Shown in pieces: positions 1 through 9,047 of a DNA stretch of 64,000 nt. The stretch is from a bacterium. Its GTDB lineage: Bacteria > Patescibacteriota > Minisyncoccia > Moranbacterales > UBA1568. The notes beneath the pieces are model-generated. The model saw only the letters and a list, made by a program, of their open reading frames with translations, was not told the origin of the DNA and searched no databases. The position numbers and the translations under genes are program-made. Each line of letters begins with the position of its first letter. Within the stretch, counting starts at the first letter, position 1. The stretch is from the NCBI GenBank assembly GCA_021821305.1, contig JAKACP010000001.1, forward strand, positions 132,934 to 196,933, written 5' to 3'.

Positions 1-607
1 CAAGGGTCCGTCCGCGCGCACGATACAGCTCGACCTTCCGCGGTTCACCCTGATCGGGGCCACGACACGACTCGGATCCATATCCAACCCCCTGCGGAAC
101 CGTTTCGGTTCCACTCACCGCCTCGAGTTCTACGACGAGGGCGAGATGCAGTCCATCATCACCCGATCGAGCCGGATACTCGGGGTGCCGATCGAGGACG
201 AGGGATCCCGCGCGATCGCGCGGGCGAGCCGGGCCACGCCGCGCGTCGCCAATCGCCTCCTCAAGCGCGTCCGCGATTATGCCGAGATCCACGACCGTGA
301 ACGGATCACGCATGATCTGGCGCGGGAGGCGCTCACGCTTTTCGAAGTCGACGAGATCGGCCTCGAGCCGACGGACCGCAATATCCTCGCCACGCTCGCG
401 AAACGCTTCAAGGGAGGGCCCGCCGGCGTCCAGACGCTCGCCGCGGTCACCGGGGAAGAGGTCGAGACGATCGAGGATGTCTATGAGCCATACCTCATCC
501 AGCTCGGGTTCCTCGCCCGGACCCCGCGCGGCCGCATCGTCACCAAGGAGGGCTATGAGCACATCGGCATGGAGATGCCGGAAAACCACCAGGACAAACT
601 CCTATGA
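1..607 (+). CDS. ruvB: Holliday junction branch migration helicase RuvB, C-terminal part (5' end truncated by window edge)
   Basis: Open frame runs from the window edge to the stop at 605-607; translation matches the RuvB C-terminal winged-helix region (ATLAKRFKGGPAGVQTLAAVTGEE...YEPYLIQLGFLARTPRGR). Confidence 0.9.
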   Translation, partial: KGPSARTIQLDLPRFTLIGATTRLGSISNPLRNRFGSTHRLEFYDEGEMQSIITRSSRILGVPIEDEGSRAIARASRATPRVANRLLKRVRDYAEIHDRERITHDLAREALTLFEVDEIGLEPTDRNILATLAKRFKGGPAGVQTLAAVTGEEVETIEDVYEPYLIQLGFLARTPRGRIVTKEGYEHIGMEMPENHQDKLL

Positions 608-834
608 ACGAGATCATGAACCTCCTCTACCTCGTCGTCGTCCTCGGCATCACCGGAGTGTCGCTTTTCGTCGTGTACCACATCCTCCGATACTCCTTGT
701 CGAGGAAAAAGGCGATCGAAGGGGCCGTGCTGTTCATCTCGGTGTTCCTGTTCCTCCTGTTCACCAACATGATCCTCTTCTCGCAACTCGACTGGCGATC
801 CATACTCGGAACCGCCGCGAACACGACCCTATGA
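604..834 (+). CDS. small hypothetical membrane protein (2 predicted TM helices)
   Basis: 76-aa ORF overlapping the ruvB stop (ATGA) and the next start; two hydrophobic segments; no recognised family. Confidence 0.4.
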   Translation: MNEIMNLLYLVVVLGITGVSLFVVYHILRYSLSRKKAIEGAVLFISVFLFLLFTNMILFSQLDWRSILGTAANTTL

Positions 835-1427
835 AACCGACGGAAACGAAAAACATCACCTTCCCGGGGAAGCATGATCGGGAGACGGTCATCGCCGTCA
901 TCCACCGCCATTGGTTCGACATGTTCTCGCATCTCCTCACCGGGATACTCATGGGCATGGTGCTCCTCGGCAGTCTCGCCGTCCTTCCGGCGCTGTATCC
1001 CGACATCGCCGCCGGACAGCACGCCGCGTTCTTTTTCTTCATGGAAAACACCTTCCTCCTCTTCCTGTGGGTCTACCTCTTCCTCATCTGGATCGATGTC
1101 TACTTCGACGTCTGGATCATCACGGACGAGCGCATCGTGAACATCGAGCAGAAAGGGCTGTTCGTGAGACACATAAGCGAGCTCCGGTTCTCCCAGGTGC
1201 AGGACGTGACGAGCGAGGTGGAAGGGATCATCCCGAGCATACTCGACTATGGCGAAGTCTTCGTCCAGACCGCCGGCGAACAGACGCGCTTCATCTTCCG
1301 CAACGTCCCGAATCCGATCGGGATCAAGGACCTCGTGATGCGGCTTGCGAGCGACGCGCGGGAGGACGATATCGAGGAGGCGGTGAAGCTCCTCCACGAG
1401 ACCAAGCGGCCGGGAATGTTTTCTTGA
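831..1427 (+). CDS. membrane protein with bacterial PH-like (bPH_2, YdbS/YdbT-like) domain
   Basis: ATG at 831 overlaps the previous stop; N-terminal TM helices then IWIDVYFDVWIITDERIVNIEQKGLFVRHISELRFSQVQDV, typical of bPH_2/DUF304. The upstream part of the 279..1427 ORF is antisense/overlap artefact. Confidence 0.6.
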   Translation: MKPTETKNITFPGKHDRETVIAVIHRHWFDMFSHLLTGILMGMVLLGSLAVLPALYPDIAAGQHAAFFFFMENTFLLFLWVYLFLIWIDVYFDVWIITDERIVNIEQKGLFVRHISELRFSQVQDVTSEVEGIIPSILDYGEVFVQTAGEQTRFIFRNVPNPIGIKDLVMRLASDAREDDIEEAVKLLHETKRPGMFS

Positions 1428-1615
1428 TAAAAAGCGCGTCATCGGCTACCATGGAGGCGCTTCTTTGCTTTTAATGACTATCCGAGAAGGCGGGAATTTG
1501 AGTGGAATTCGAGGCGACACGAGGATACGGAGTAAGACGTACTGAGCAAGTACGTCGTCGAGTACCGGAGTGTCAACGAAGAAGTCCGCCAAATTCCCGC
1601 TCTTCGGTCACACCT

Positions 1616-2332
1616 ATGTCCGGACACTCCCACTGGGCCACAACCCACCGACAAAAAGGCGTCAATGACGCCAAGCGCGCCGCCATCTTCACCAAGGCCG
1701 GCCGGCTCGTGACCATCGCGGCGAAAGGCGGCGGAAATCCTGATATGAACTTCAAGCTCCGCCTCGCCATCGACCAGGCGCGCGCCGTCAACATGCCCAA
1801 GGACCGCATCGACCGGGCCATCAAGATCGGCACCGGCGAATCGAAGGAAGGGGCGGAGATCGATGAGCTCCTCTACGAAGCCTACGGTCCGGGACAGGTC
1901 GCGCTTCTCATCGGGGTCGCCACCGACAACCGGAACCGCTCGGTCGGCGAGGTCCGCACGCTGCTCACCAAGAACGGCGGGAAGATGGTCGCCGAAGGCG
2001 CGGTCGCCTATATGTTCGAATCCGTGGGCGAGATCGTCGTCTCGCTCGACGGGAAGGATCGCGACGAAGCGGAACTGCTCGCGATCGAATCCGGCGCCGA
2101 GGACGTGTCCGTCGATGATGGGAACCTCATCGTACTCACCAAGCCCGACCAGCTCCAGATGGTGAAGGAATCGCTCGAAAAGAACGGCTTCACCGTCGAA
2201 TCGGCGGCACTCTCCTATTCTCCGACCCAGAAGACATCCGCTTCCGCGGAAGACACGGAAAAGCTCGAGCGGTTGCTCGAAATCCTCGACGACCACCCGG
2301 ATGTCCAGACGGTGTGGGACAATCTCGAATAA
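1616..2332 (+). CDS. yebC: YebC/PmpR family DNA-binding transcriptional regulator
   Basis: MSGHSHWATTHRQKG...KAGRLVTIAAKGGGNPDMNFKLRLAIDQARAVNMPKDRIDRAIKIG is the canonical YebC N-terminus. ATG at 1616 chosen over the upstream GTG 1502 extension. Confidence 0.9.
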   Translation: MSGHSHWATTHRQKGVNDAKRAAIFTKAGRLVTIAAKGGGNPDMNFKLRLAIDQARAVNMPKDRIDRAIKIGTGESKEGAEIDELLYEAYGPGQVALLIGVATDNRNRSVGEVRTLLTKNGGKMVAEGAVAYMFESVGEIVVSLDGKDRDEAELLAIESGAEDVSVDDGNLIVLTKPDQLQMVKESLEKNGFTVESAALSYSPTQKTSASAEDTEKLERLLEILDDHPDVQTVWDNLE

Positions 2333-2358
2333 CAAGCATCCGATTAACGGATAAAGAC

Positions 2359-2847
2359 ATGAGAATAATCGGCATCGATCCGGGGACGGCGATCATCGGC
2401 TGGGGCGTCATCGACGACGCCGGGGGCAACCTCGCCACGCTCGCCTACGGACACATCACGACCCCGGCGAAGATGCCGCTTGCGGAACGCCTCCCCATCA
2501 TCGAGGAAGCGCTTTCGAAAATACTCGGGGAATGGAAGCCGGAAGAGGCCTCCGTCGAGGAGCTTTTCTTCTACAACAACCAGAAAACTGTCATTTCCGT
2601 CGCTCAGGCCAGGGGAGCTATACTCTTGACATTAAGCCATTTTCATGTTAATATCTTCGGTTACACGCCACTCCAAGTGAAGCAGGCGTTGACCACCTAC
2701 GGAAGGGCCGACAAGCACCAGGTCCAACAGATGGTGAAGAGCGTTCTCAAGTTGGGCGAGATACCAAAGCCGGATGACACCGCCGACGCGCTCGCGCTCG
2801 CCGTGTGCCACTCCTCGGCCAGAAAAATGAACCGTCTTCGGAGTTGA
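2359..2847 (+). CDS. ruvC: crossover junction endodeoxyribonuclease RuvC
   Basis: MRIIGIDPGTAIIGWGVID...ADALALAVCH: RuvC catalytic motifs. Start taken at internal ATG 2359; the ORF extension from 2314 overlaps yebC. Confidence 0.9.
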   Translation: MRIIGIDPGTAIIGWGVIDDAGGNLATLAYGHITTPAKMPLAERLPIIEEALSKILGEWKPEEASVEELFFYNNQKTVISVAQARGAILLTLSHFHVNIFGYTPLQVKQALTTYGRADKHQVQQMVKSVLKLGEIPKPDDTADALALAVCHSSARKMNRLRS

Positions 2848-2917
2848 CATCGCGAGACAAGTCTTGCGGAATGATACCTCTGGGGGGATAATGTACTCGG
2901 AGGGATTTTTTTATTCA

Positions 2918-2969
2918 CCCAGTGAAATAATTCGCTTCGCGAATTCCTGCTTTGCAGGATTTCACGGGG
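2918..2969 (+). ncRNA. conserved three-way-junction palindromic element, copy R1
   Basis: CCCAGTGAAAT / AATTCGCttcGCGAATT / CCTGCtttGCAGG / ATTTCACGGGG. Same architecture as the inverted copy at 22092..22144, with compensatory changes in hairpin A. Ends 9 nt before the 7TM gene ATG. Confidence 0.45.
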
Positions 2970-2978
2970 TAAATCCAT

Positions 2979-3635
2979 ATGGAATACCATCCGTTCATAC
3001 AGTTCGCCGCGGGAGAAGGCGTGCCGATGCAGACCATCGCGCTTCTGCTCATGCTCCCCCTCGTCGCGACCCTCGTCGCGTTCTTCCGGCAGGTCGTCGG
3101 TATCAAGGCGTTCGGCATCTATACGCCGTCGATCGTCACGTTCGCCTTCGTCGCGTTCGATCCGAAGGGATTCAAGTACGGGATCGGGATCTTCTTGGCG
3201 GTCATATTCGTCGGCATGGTATCACGGTATATCCTCAAGCCGTTCCGGCTGCTCTATCTCCCGCGCGTCGCCATCACGCTCTCGCTCATCTCGTTCGTCA
3301 TGTTCGCCATCCTCATCTTCGGCGGCTATTTCCAGCGCACGGGGCTCGCGGCCGTGTCCATCTTCCCGCTCCTCATCATGATCACGCTCGCCGAAAAATT
3401 CGTCGCGGTCCAGATCGAGAAGGGCAACCGGGTCGCGCTCCTGCTCGCCGGCGAGACGCTCGTCATCTCGCTCGTCGGATACGCGCTCGTCAGCTCGTCC
3501 GCGGTGACCCTCACCATGCTCGTCTATCCGTGGCTCGTGCTCCTCGCCATCCCGGTCAATATCATGCTCGGGAAATGGACGGGCCTGCGCCTCGTCGAGT
3601 ATGTCCGTTTCTACAAGATCCTCAGCAAAAAATGA
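2979..3635 (+). CDS. polytopic (6-7 TM) membrane protein, 7TM_transglut-like, partner of RimK-like ATP-grasp ligase systems
   Basis: 218 aa, 6-7 hydrophobic helices, no soluble domain; stop is 4 nt before the ATP-grasp gene start. Family assignment (7TM domain usually fused to an inactive transglutaminase, PF14402-like) is inferred from context plus topology, not from a search. Confidence 0.55.
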   Translation: MEYHPFIQFAAGEGVPMQTIALLLMLPLVATLVAFFRQVVGIKAFGIYTPSIVTFAFVAFDPKGFKYGIGIFLAVIFVGMVSRYILKPFRLLYLPRVAITLSLISFVMFAILIFGGYFQRTGLAAVSIFPLLIMITLAEKFVAVQIEKGNRVALLLAGETLVISLVGYALVSSSAVTLTMLVYPWLVLLAIPVNIMLGKWTGLRLVEYVRFYKILSKK

Positions 3636-3639
3636 CGCC

Positions 3640-5034
3640 ATGTTCGAGCTTCTCAAAAAAAGCGGTGGCATATTGGGAATGAACGCGCGCAACCTCGAGT
3701 ATGTGCGTCCTTTGAACCGTCGCCAGGCGCGGGAGATCGCCGACAACAAGCTCCTCGCGAAGCGGGTCCTCAAAAAAAACGATCTCCCCGTTCCGGGGCT
3801 CATCGCGAAGATCCGGACCGAGGAAGACCTCGAGTCCTTCGACTGGTCCACGCTTCCGGGCAGTTTCGCCCTCAAGCCGAACCGCGGATTCGGCGGCGAG
3901 GGAATCGTCGTCGTCTACGGACGGAAGAAGGGGCGCGATGACGCGTGGGTCAAGGCGAACGGTTCGGTCATCACCGTCGACGACCTGCGGGCGCATATCC
4001 GCAACATCCTCGACGGATCGTTCTCGCTCACCAACACTCCCGACATCGCGTTCTTCGAGGAGCGGCTCAAACTGCTCAAACTCTTCAAGCCGTACGCCTA
4101 CAAGGGAATCCCCGACATCCGCGTCATCGTGTTCAATGGGATACCGATCATGGCGATGCTCCGTCTCCCGACCCGGCAGTCCGACGGCAAGGCCAATCTC
4201 CAACAGGGCGCCATCGGTGTCGGCCTTGACCTCGCGACCGGGACGACGACGACCGCCGTCCTCGGGAAATCGCATATCATCGAGCACATCCCGAGAACCC
4301 GCCTCGTGCTCTCCGGTCTCAAGCTCCCCTACTGGAACGAGATCCTCCGCATCGCGGTCGAGTCCCAGCGCATCTCCGGACTCGGATTCCTCGGTGCCGA
4401 CATCGCGCTCGATCGCGATCGCGGCCCCGTCATTCTCGAGCTCAACGCGCGCCCAGGACTTTCCATCCAGGTCGCCAACCTCTCGGGACTCAAGACCCGT
4501 CTCAACCGCGTGAAGGGGCTCAAGGTCAGGACGACCGAGCGCGGCATCCTCCTCGGCAAACATCTCTTCGGCGGCGAGATCGAGGAAGAGATCGAGGAAC
4601 TCTCCGGACGGCGCGTCATCGGTTCGACCGAAAAGGTGAAGCTCATCGGCAAGGACGGCAAGGAGATCGAGATCGAGGCCAAGATCGATACCGGCGCCGA
4701 TTCCACCTCGATCGATACCGCGCTCGCGCGCGAGCTCGGATTCGGGGATGCGCTCTCGACCTTCGAGAGTCGCCTTGGCGGGCAGGACGTCATGAAGGAA
4801 CTGTCGAAAGAGGAACGGCAGAAGCTCTTCTCCGGTATCCCGGATCTCGCGGATACGGTCCCCGTGAAATCATCCCATGGAACGAGCTACCGGCCTATGG
4901 TCCGCATCGAATTCGTCATGGACACCGTCACCGTCCCGGCGAAGGTCTCGGTGATCGATCGGTCGGGACTCGAATATCCCGTCATCATCGGACGGAAGAG
5001 TCTCCGGAAATTCCTCGTGGACGTGAATAAATAA
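3640..5034 (+). CDS. alpha-L-glutamate-ligase-like (RimK-related, ATPgrasp_ST type) ATP-grasp enzyme fused to a C-terminal retropepsin-like aspartic protease domain
   Basis: N-terminal GMNARNLEYVRPLNRRQAREIADNKLLAKRVL...ILELNARPGLSIQ matches the TIGR02291/PF14397-type ligase. The C-terminus carries IDTGADSTSID (DTG aspartic-protease signature) and resembles the RimK-associated 'Zn_protease' (PF05618) domain. Start at ATG 3640, tight after the 7TM stop; the ORF also allows 3601. Confidence 0.75.
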   Translation: MFELLKKSGGILGMNARNLEYVRPLNRRQAREIADNKLLAKRVLKKNDLPVPGLIAKIRTEEDLESFDWSTLPGSFALKPNRGFGGEGIVVVYGRKKGRDDAWVKANGSVITVDDLRAHIRNILDGSFSLTNTPDIAFFEERLKLLKLFKPYAYKGIPDIRVIVFNGIPIMAMLRLPTRQSDGKANLQQGAIGVGLDLATGTTTTAVLGKSHIIEHIPRTRLVLSGLKLPYWNEILRIAVESQRISGLGFLGADIALDRDRGPVILELNARPGLSIQVANLSGLKTRLNRVKGLKVRTTERGILLGKHLFGGEIEEEIEELSGRRVIGSTEKVKLIGKDGKEIEIEAKIDTGADSTSIDTALARELGFGDALSTFESRLGGQDVMKELSKEERQKLFSGIPDLADTVPVKSSHGTSYRPMVRIEFVMDTVTVPAKVSVIDRSGLEYPVIIGRKSLRKFLVDVNK

Positions 5035-5044
5035 TCGGAATCAT

Positions 5045-6049
5045 ATGAATGAAAAAGCCGTCGACAAATGGACGAAGCATGGCGGATTCCGATCCTTCCT
5101 GAAATGCGCCACGCGGTGCGGCGTGAAAATCACCGTTCTCTCGAAGGAGAGTCACGTCATCAGACTCGGATACGGCGGCGATGTCGCCTTCCTCAAGGGA
5201 GCCAACGCACCGGTCATGAGGAGAATGGGAAACCTCACCCGGAACAAGGACGTGACCAAACAAATCCTCGAGGATGTCGGTATCCGCACGCCCCGTGGCA
5301 TAGTCGCGAATTCCATCCAAGACGCCATAAAAGCCGTGAAGAAGCACCGGATGCCGTTCCCGCTCATCCTCAAGCCGACCCACGGGTCGCGCTCGCTCGG
5401 CGTGACATGGAACATCCGTTCCGAGCAGGACCTCCGTGACGCTTTTTCGAGTTTCGAAAAGATAAAACGCGAACACTCCCTGAAAAAGGACACGGTGCTG
5501 GTCGAGGAGATGTTCGTCGGCCATGAATATCGGGTGCTCGTCCTCAATGGTCGGGTCATCTCCTGCGTACAAAAGGTCCCTGCAAGCGTCATCGGCGACG
5601 GGACATCGTCGATCAAGAAACTCATCGGTGCATTCAACAAGACCCGCCTCCGCGGATTCAAGATACGCCTCGATGCCATCGCCGAAAATACGATCGCGGA
5701 AAACAAGCTCACGCTTGATTCGATCCTCCCGAAAGGTCGCATACTCAGGCTCCGCAACAACCTCAATATGTCTGATGGCGGCCGGTCGATCGATGTCACG
5801 GCATCCATGCACCGATCCTTCAAGGACCTCTGCGTGAAATCGACCGAAGTCACGGGGCTGTCGTTCGCCGGAGTCGACGTGATCGCGAAGGACCTTTCAA
5901 GGCCGGCAAGGAGGGACAACTATGTCATCCTCGAGCTCAATCCGAATCCGTACTACAACATGAACGAAAAGCCGCTCGCGGAAGGTAAGGGCACCGATGT
6001 CTCCTTCCTTCTCCTGAAACAACTGTTCCCGAATATTCGGAAGAAATGA
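5045..6049 (+). CDS. second ATP-grasp domain protein (cyanophycin-synthetase/RimK-like amidoligase)
   Basis: ATP-grasp hallmarks: PLILKPTHGSRSLGV, EEMFVGHEYRVLVLNG, ILELNPNPYY. 10-nt gap after the previous gene. Confidence 0.7.
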   Translation: MNEKAVDKWTKHGGFRSFLKCATRCGVKITVLSKESHVIRLGYGGDVAFLKGANAPVMRRMGNLTRNKDVTKQILEDVGIRTPRGIVANSIQDAIKAVKKHRMPFPLILKPTHGSRSLGVTWNIRSEQDLRDAFSSFEKIKREHSLKKDTVLVEEMFVGHEYRVLVLNGRVISCVQKVPASVIGDGTSSIKKLIGAFNKTRLRGFKIRLDAIAENTIAENKLTLDSILPKGRILRLRNNLNMSDGGRSIDVTASMHRSFKDLCVKSTEVTGLSFAGVDVIAKDLSRPARRDNYVILELNPNPYYNMNEKPLAEGKGTDVSFLLLKQLFPNIRKK

Positions 6050-6107
6050 ACCCTTGAGAAAACCGGTGTTTCGGTGTAGAATCAGCATACGTTTGCTGAT
6101 TTTATCT

Positions 6108-8657
6108 ATGAAAATATTCTTTTTTAAGCCAAAAAAATTGATTTCCGGCGGAGAGAAGCCTGAAAAACCGAAGCGCTCGCGGAAATGGCTTCCGTTGGCG
6201 CTCAAGGTGTCCGGAATCCTGCTTATCCTCGGCTCGATCGCGGCGATAAGCCTGTTCGCCTGGGTCGCGAAGGACCTGCCCTCCCCGGGCAAGGTCAACA
6301 AGCGCGTCATCGCCGAATCGACCAAGATCTACGACCGATCCGGCGAGCATCTCCTCTATGAGGTGCACGGCGAGGAAAAGCGCACCCTTATCCCGTTCGA
6401 GGAGATTCCTCCGACCGTCCGCGCGGCGACACTTGCTCTTGAGGATCAGGACTTCTACTCCCACCACGGTATCAAACTGACCTCGATCGCACGCGCCATC
6501 CTCAAGGATGTCATCGAGCTGAGCGCGGCACAGGGAGCATCCACCATCACCCAACAGTTCGTCAAGAATTCCCTCCTGACCAACGAAAAAACACTCATCA
6601 GAAAGGTAAAAGAGGTCATCTTGTCGCTCGAGATCGAACAAAAATTCTCCAAGGATGAGATTCTCGCGATGTATCTCAATGAGATTCCCTACGGATCGAA
6701 CGCGTACGGGATAGAGGCGGCGGCGCAGACGTTCTTCGGGAAGAGCGCGAAGGATCTTTCCCTCGATGAGGCGGCGCTTCTCGCCGGACTCCCCAAGGCT
6801 CCGACCTACTATTCACCCTACGGGGCCAGGGCCGAACAGTTGAAAATACGGCAGGAAGTGGCCCTGAACCAGATGGCGAAACTCGGCTACATCACCCAGG
6901 AAGAGGCTGACGCCGCGAAACAAGTCGACGTATTCGGGAAACTTTCCATAAATCGGGACGCTATCGCGGCGCCCCACTTCGTCATGTATGTCCGCGACTA
7001 TCTCACCGAGAAGTACGGCGAAGGCGCGATAGAGTCGATGGGCCTCAAGGTCTACACCACGCTCGACTGGGACAAGCAGATGAAGGCTGAGGAGATCGTC
7101 AGGGAAAAGGCTGCGGAAAACGCCACAAAGTGGAACGCGGAAAACGCGTCTTTGGTCGCGATCGATCCGAAAACCGGGCAGATACTCACGATGGTCGGCT
7201 CGAAAGATTACTTCGACAAGGAGATCGACGGGCAGGTCAACGTCGCCATTCGGGACCGCCAGCCGGGATCCTCGTTCAAACCGTACGTTTACCTCGCCGC
7301 CTTCATCAAGGGATACACGCCGGAAACCATGCTCTATGACGTGGAAACCGAGTTTGAGACGGCGGAAGGCAAGGAATACAAGCCGCAGAATTATGATGGG
7401 ACGTTCCGTGGTCCGCTTCATATGAAGGAGGCGCTCGCACAGTCCCTCAATATCCCGGCTGTGAAGACGCTCTACCTCGTCGGCGTCAAGGATGCCATAA
7501 CGCTCGCGAAAAGCCTCGGCATCACCGGACTCAACGACGAGAACCGCTACGGCCTCTCGCTCGTCCTCGGCGGAGGGGAGATCACCCTCCTCGACCACGT
7601 GAGTGCCTACTCGACGCTCGCCACCGGCGGCGTGAAGCATGATAAGACAGCCATTCTCCGCATAGAGAGCGCCCAAGGGGAGGTCATCGAGGAATTCAAG
7701 CCGGATGCAGGCGAACGGGTGATCGAGGAAAAATACGTGGCCATGCTCGATCATATCATGTCGACAAACGCCTATCGGGCGCCGGTATTCGGGGAAAACA
7801 GTCCATTGCGCTCCGATAATCGTCCGATCGCGGCCAAAACCGGCACCACGAACGAATTCCGCGACGGATGGACCATCGGACACACGCCATCGATTTCGGT
7901 CGGTGTATGGGCCGGGAACAACGACAACACCCCGATGAGAGCCGGGGCTGATGGCATCAATGTCGCCGCGCCGATTTTCCGATCTTTCATGGATTTCGCC
8001 CTGCAGAATACGGCCATCGAGAAATTCCCCGAATACAAGCCGGATGAGTTTTTCAACAAGGATGAGGAGTGGATGAAAAAACCGATGTTAAGCGGAAAAC
8101 TCGAGGAAACGAAGGATTTGAAGGTCTGTGAGATAGATGATGATGAGTACTGTCTCGCGAGCAAATATTGCCGCGACAAGGATATAGAAAAGAAGGATTT
8201 CATCGATGCTCACTCGATACTCCACTATATAACCCGCGACGACCCGCGCGGATCGAAGCCGGATAAGCCGGATCGCGACCCTCAATACAAGAATTGGGAA
8301 AAGGGCGTGGAGGAATGGTATAAGAAGGAAAAGAAGATCGTTATCGATGAGCCTCCGAAAAACGAGTGTTCACAGGATGATTTCCCTGATTATCTTCCAA
8401 TGGTATCACTTTCCGCGCCGGATTCCGCTGGCTCATCGTTCTCCATAGAGGCAAGAGCTGACGCTCCGTACGAAGTGGAGTATCTCAAGATATTCGTCGA
8501 TGGTTCGGAAATAGCGTCCGGATCCAGTAGCTCGCTGTCAACAACCTATTCCGTTCCGCTTACGAAAAACAATTCCACGGTGACCGTGGAAGTGAAACTG
8601 AGGGATAAGAACGGGAATGAGAAAGGAACACAGAAAAGCGTTTCCGTAAGTTTCTAA
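6108..8657 (+). CDS. class A penicillin-binding protein (bifunctional glycosyltransferase/transpeptidase, PBP1A-like)
   Basis: GT51 motifs (ALEDQDFYSHHGI, ITQQFVKN) and transpeptidase SxxK/KTGT (GSSFKP, KTGTT). Start placed at ATG 6108; the ORF opens at 6054. Confidence 0.9.
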   Translation: MKIFFFKPKKLISGGEKPEKPKRSRKWLPLALKVSGILLILGSIAAISLFAWVAKDLPSPGKVNKRVIAESTKIYDRSGEHLLYEVHGEEKRTLIPFEEIPPTVRAATLALEDQDFYSHHGIKLTSIARAILKDVIELSAAQGASTITQQFVKNSLLTNEKTLIRKVKEVILSLEIEQKFSKDEILAMYLNEIPYGSNAYGIEAAAQTFFGKSAKDLSLDEAALLAGLPKAPTYYSPYGARAEQLKIRQEVALNQMAKLGYITQEEADAAKQVDVFGKLSINRDAIAAPHFVMYVRDYLTEKYGEGAIESMGLKVYTTLDWDKQMKAEEIVREKAAENATKWNAENASLVAIDPKTGQILTMVGSKDYFDKEIDGQVNVAIRDRQPGSSFKPYVYLAAFIKGYTPETMLYDVETEFETAEGKEYKPQNYDGTFRGPLHMKEALAQSLNIPAVKTLYLVGVKDAITLAKSLGITGLNDENRYGLSLVLGGGEITLLDHVSAYSTLATGGVKHDKTAILRIESAQGEVIEEFKPDAGERVIEEKYVAMLDHIMSTNAYRAPVFGENSPLRSDNRPIAAKTGTTNEFRDGWTIGHTPSISVGVWAGNNDNTPMRAGADGINVAAPIFRSFMDFALQNTAIEKFPEYKPDEFFNKDEEWMKKPMLSGKLEETKDLKVCEIDDDEYCLASKYCRDKDIEKKDFIDAHSILHYITRDDPRGSKPDKPDRDPQYKNWEKGVEEWYKKEKKIVIDEPPKNECSQDDFPDYLPMVSLSAPDSAGSSFSIEARADAPYEVEYLKIFVDGSEIASGSSSSLSTTYSVPLTKNNSTVTVEVKLRDKNGNEKGTQKSVSVSF

Positions 8658-8677
8658 GGATTTCCGGTTATCCTGAC

Positions 8678-8705
8678 AAAAAATCCCCTTTTCGGGGATT
8701 TTTTT
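8678..8705. terminator. bidirectional intrinsic terminator between PBP (+) and DciA-like (-) genes
   Basis: AAAAAATCCCCttttcGGGGATTTTTTT: GC stem with A-tract upstream and T-tract downstream. Confidence 0.6.
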
Positions 8706-9015
8706 AAATTTCTGACACCTTTATTTCCGAAACGATCTCTTCTCCGATTTCCTGATTTATCTTCATCCGGATCGACTCCCGATTGGTCCAGACTTCACCG
8801 ACCCAGAGTGAATTCTGCGAGAAAAGAAAGAGTTTCCCGTCTTTCCAGAATTTCGGGGATATATTCTCCTTTCCTCGGATACCATACTGCGACAAGAGTA
8901 TTTTTTCCGCGAGAAAGAATATCGTCTTTTCATCGAGATCCGTCTTCGTCGGATGCGTCTTCTTTTTTCCTGATGGGCCGCCACCTAAGGAAAGATAGTC
9001 GGAAAGTTTTTTCAT
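8704..9015 (-). CDS. DUF721/DciA-like protein (putative replicative-helicase operating factor)
   Basis: 103 aa directly downstream of dnaN. The C-terminal GKLFLFSQNSLWVGEVWTNRESIRMKINQEIGEEIVSEIKV fits the DUF721 pattern (G.L.v.v.s.w..EL......I..kiN..lG...V..I.). Confidence 0.55.
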   Translation of the reverse strand: MKKLSDYLSLGGGPSGKKKTHPTKTDLDEKTIFFLAEKILLSQYGIRGKENISPKFWKDGKLFLFSQNSLWVGEVWTNRESIRMKINQEIGEEIVSEIKVSEI

Positions 9016-9047
9016 ATTCCTGAGAGCCTATCCTGATAGGGTCCTAA

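Noticed and set aside
279-1427. 382-aa ORF whose first ~185 codons overlap ruvB in another frame
   Set aside because: Only the portion from ATG 831 onward encodes a coherent membrane/bPH protein; the upstream part is an Arg/Ser-rich out-of-frame read-through of ruvB.
1502-1615. GTG-initiated 38-codon N-terminal extension of yebC
   Set aside because: The canonical YebC N-terminus (MSGHSHW) starts at ATG 1616; the extension is Arg-rich and unconserved.
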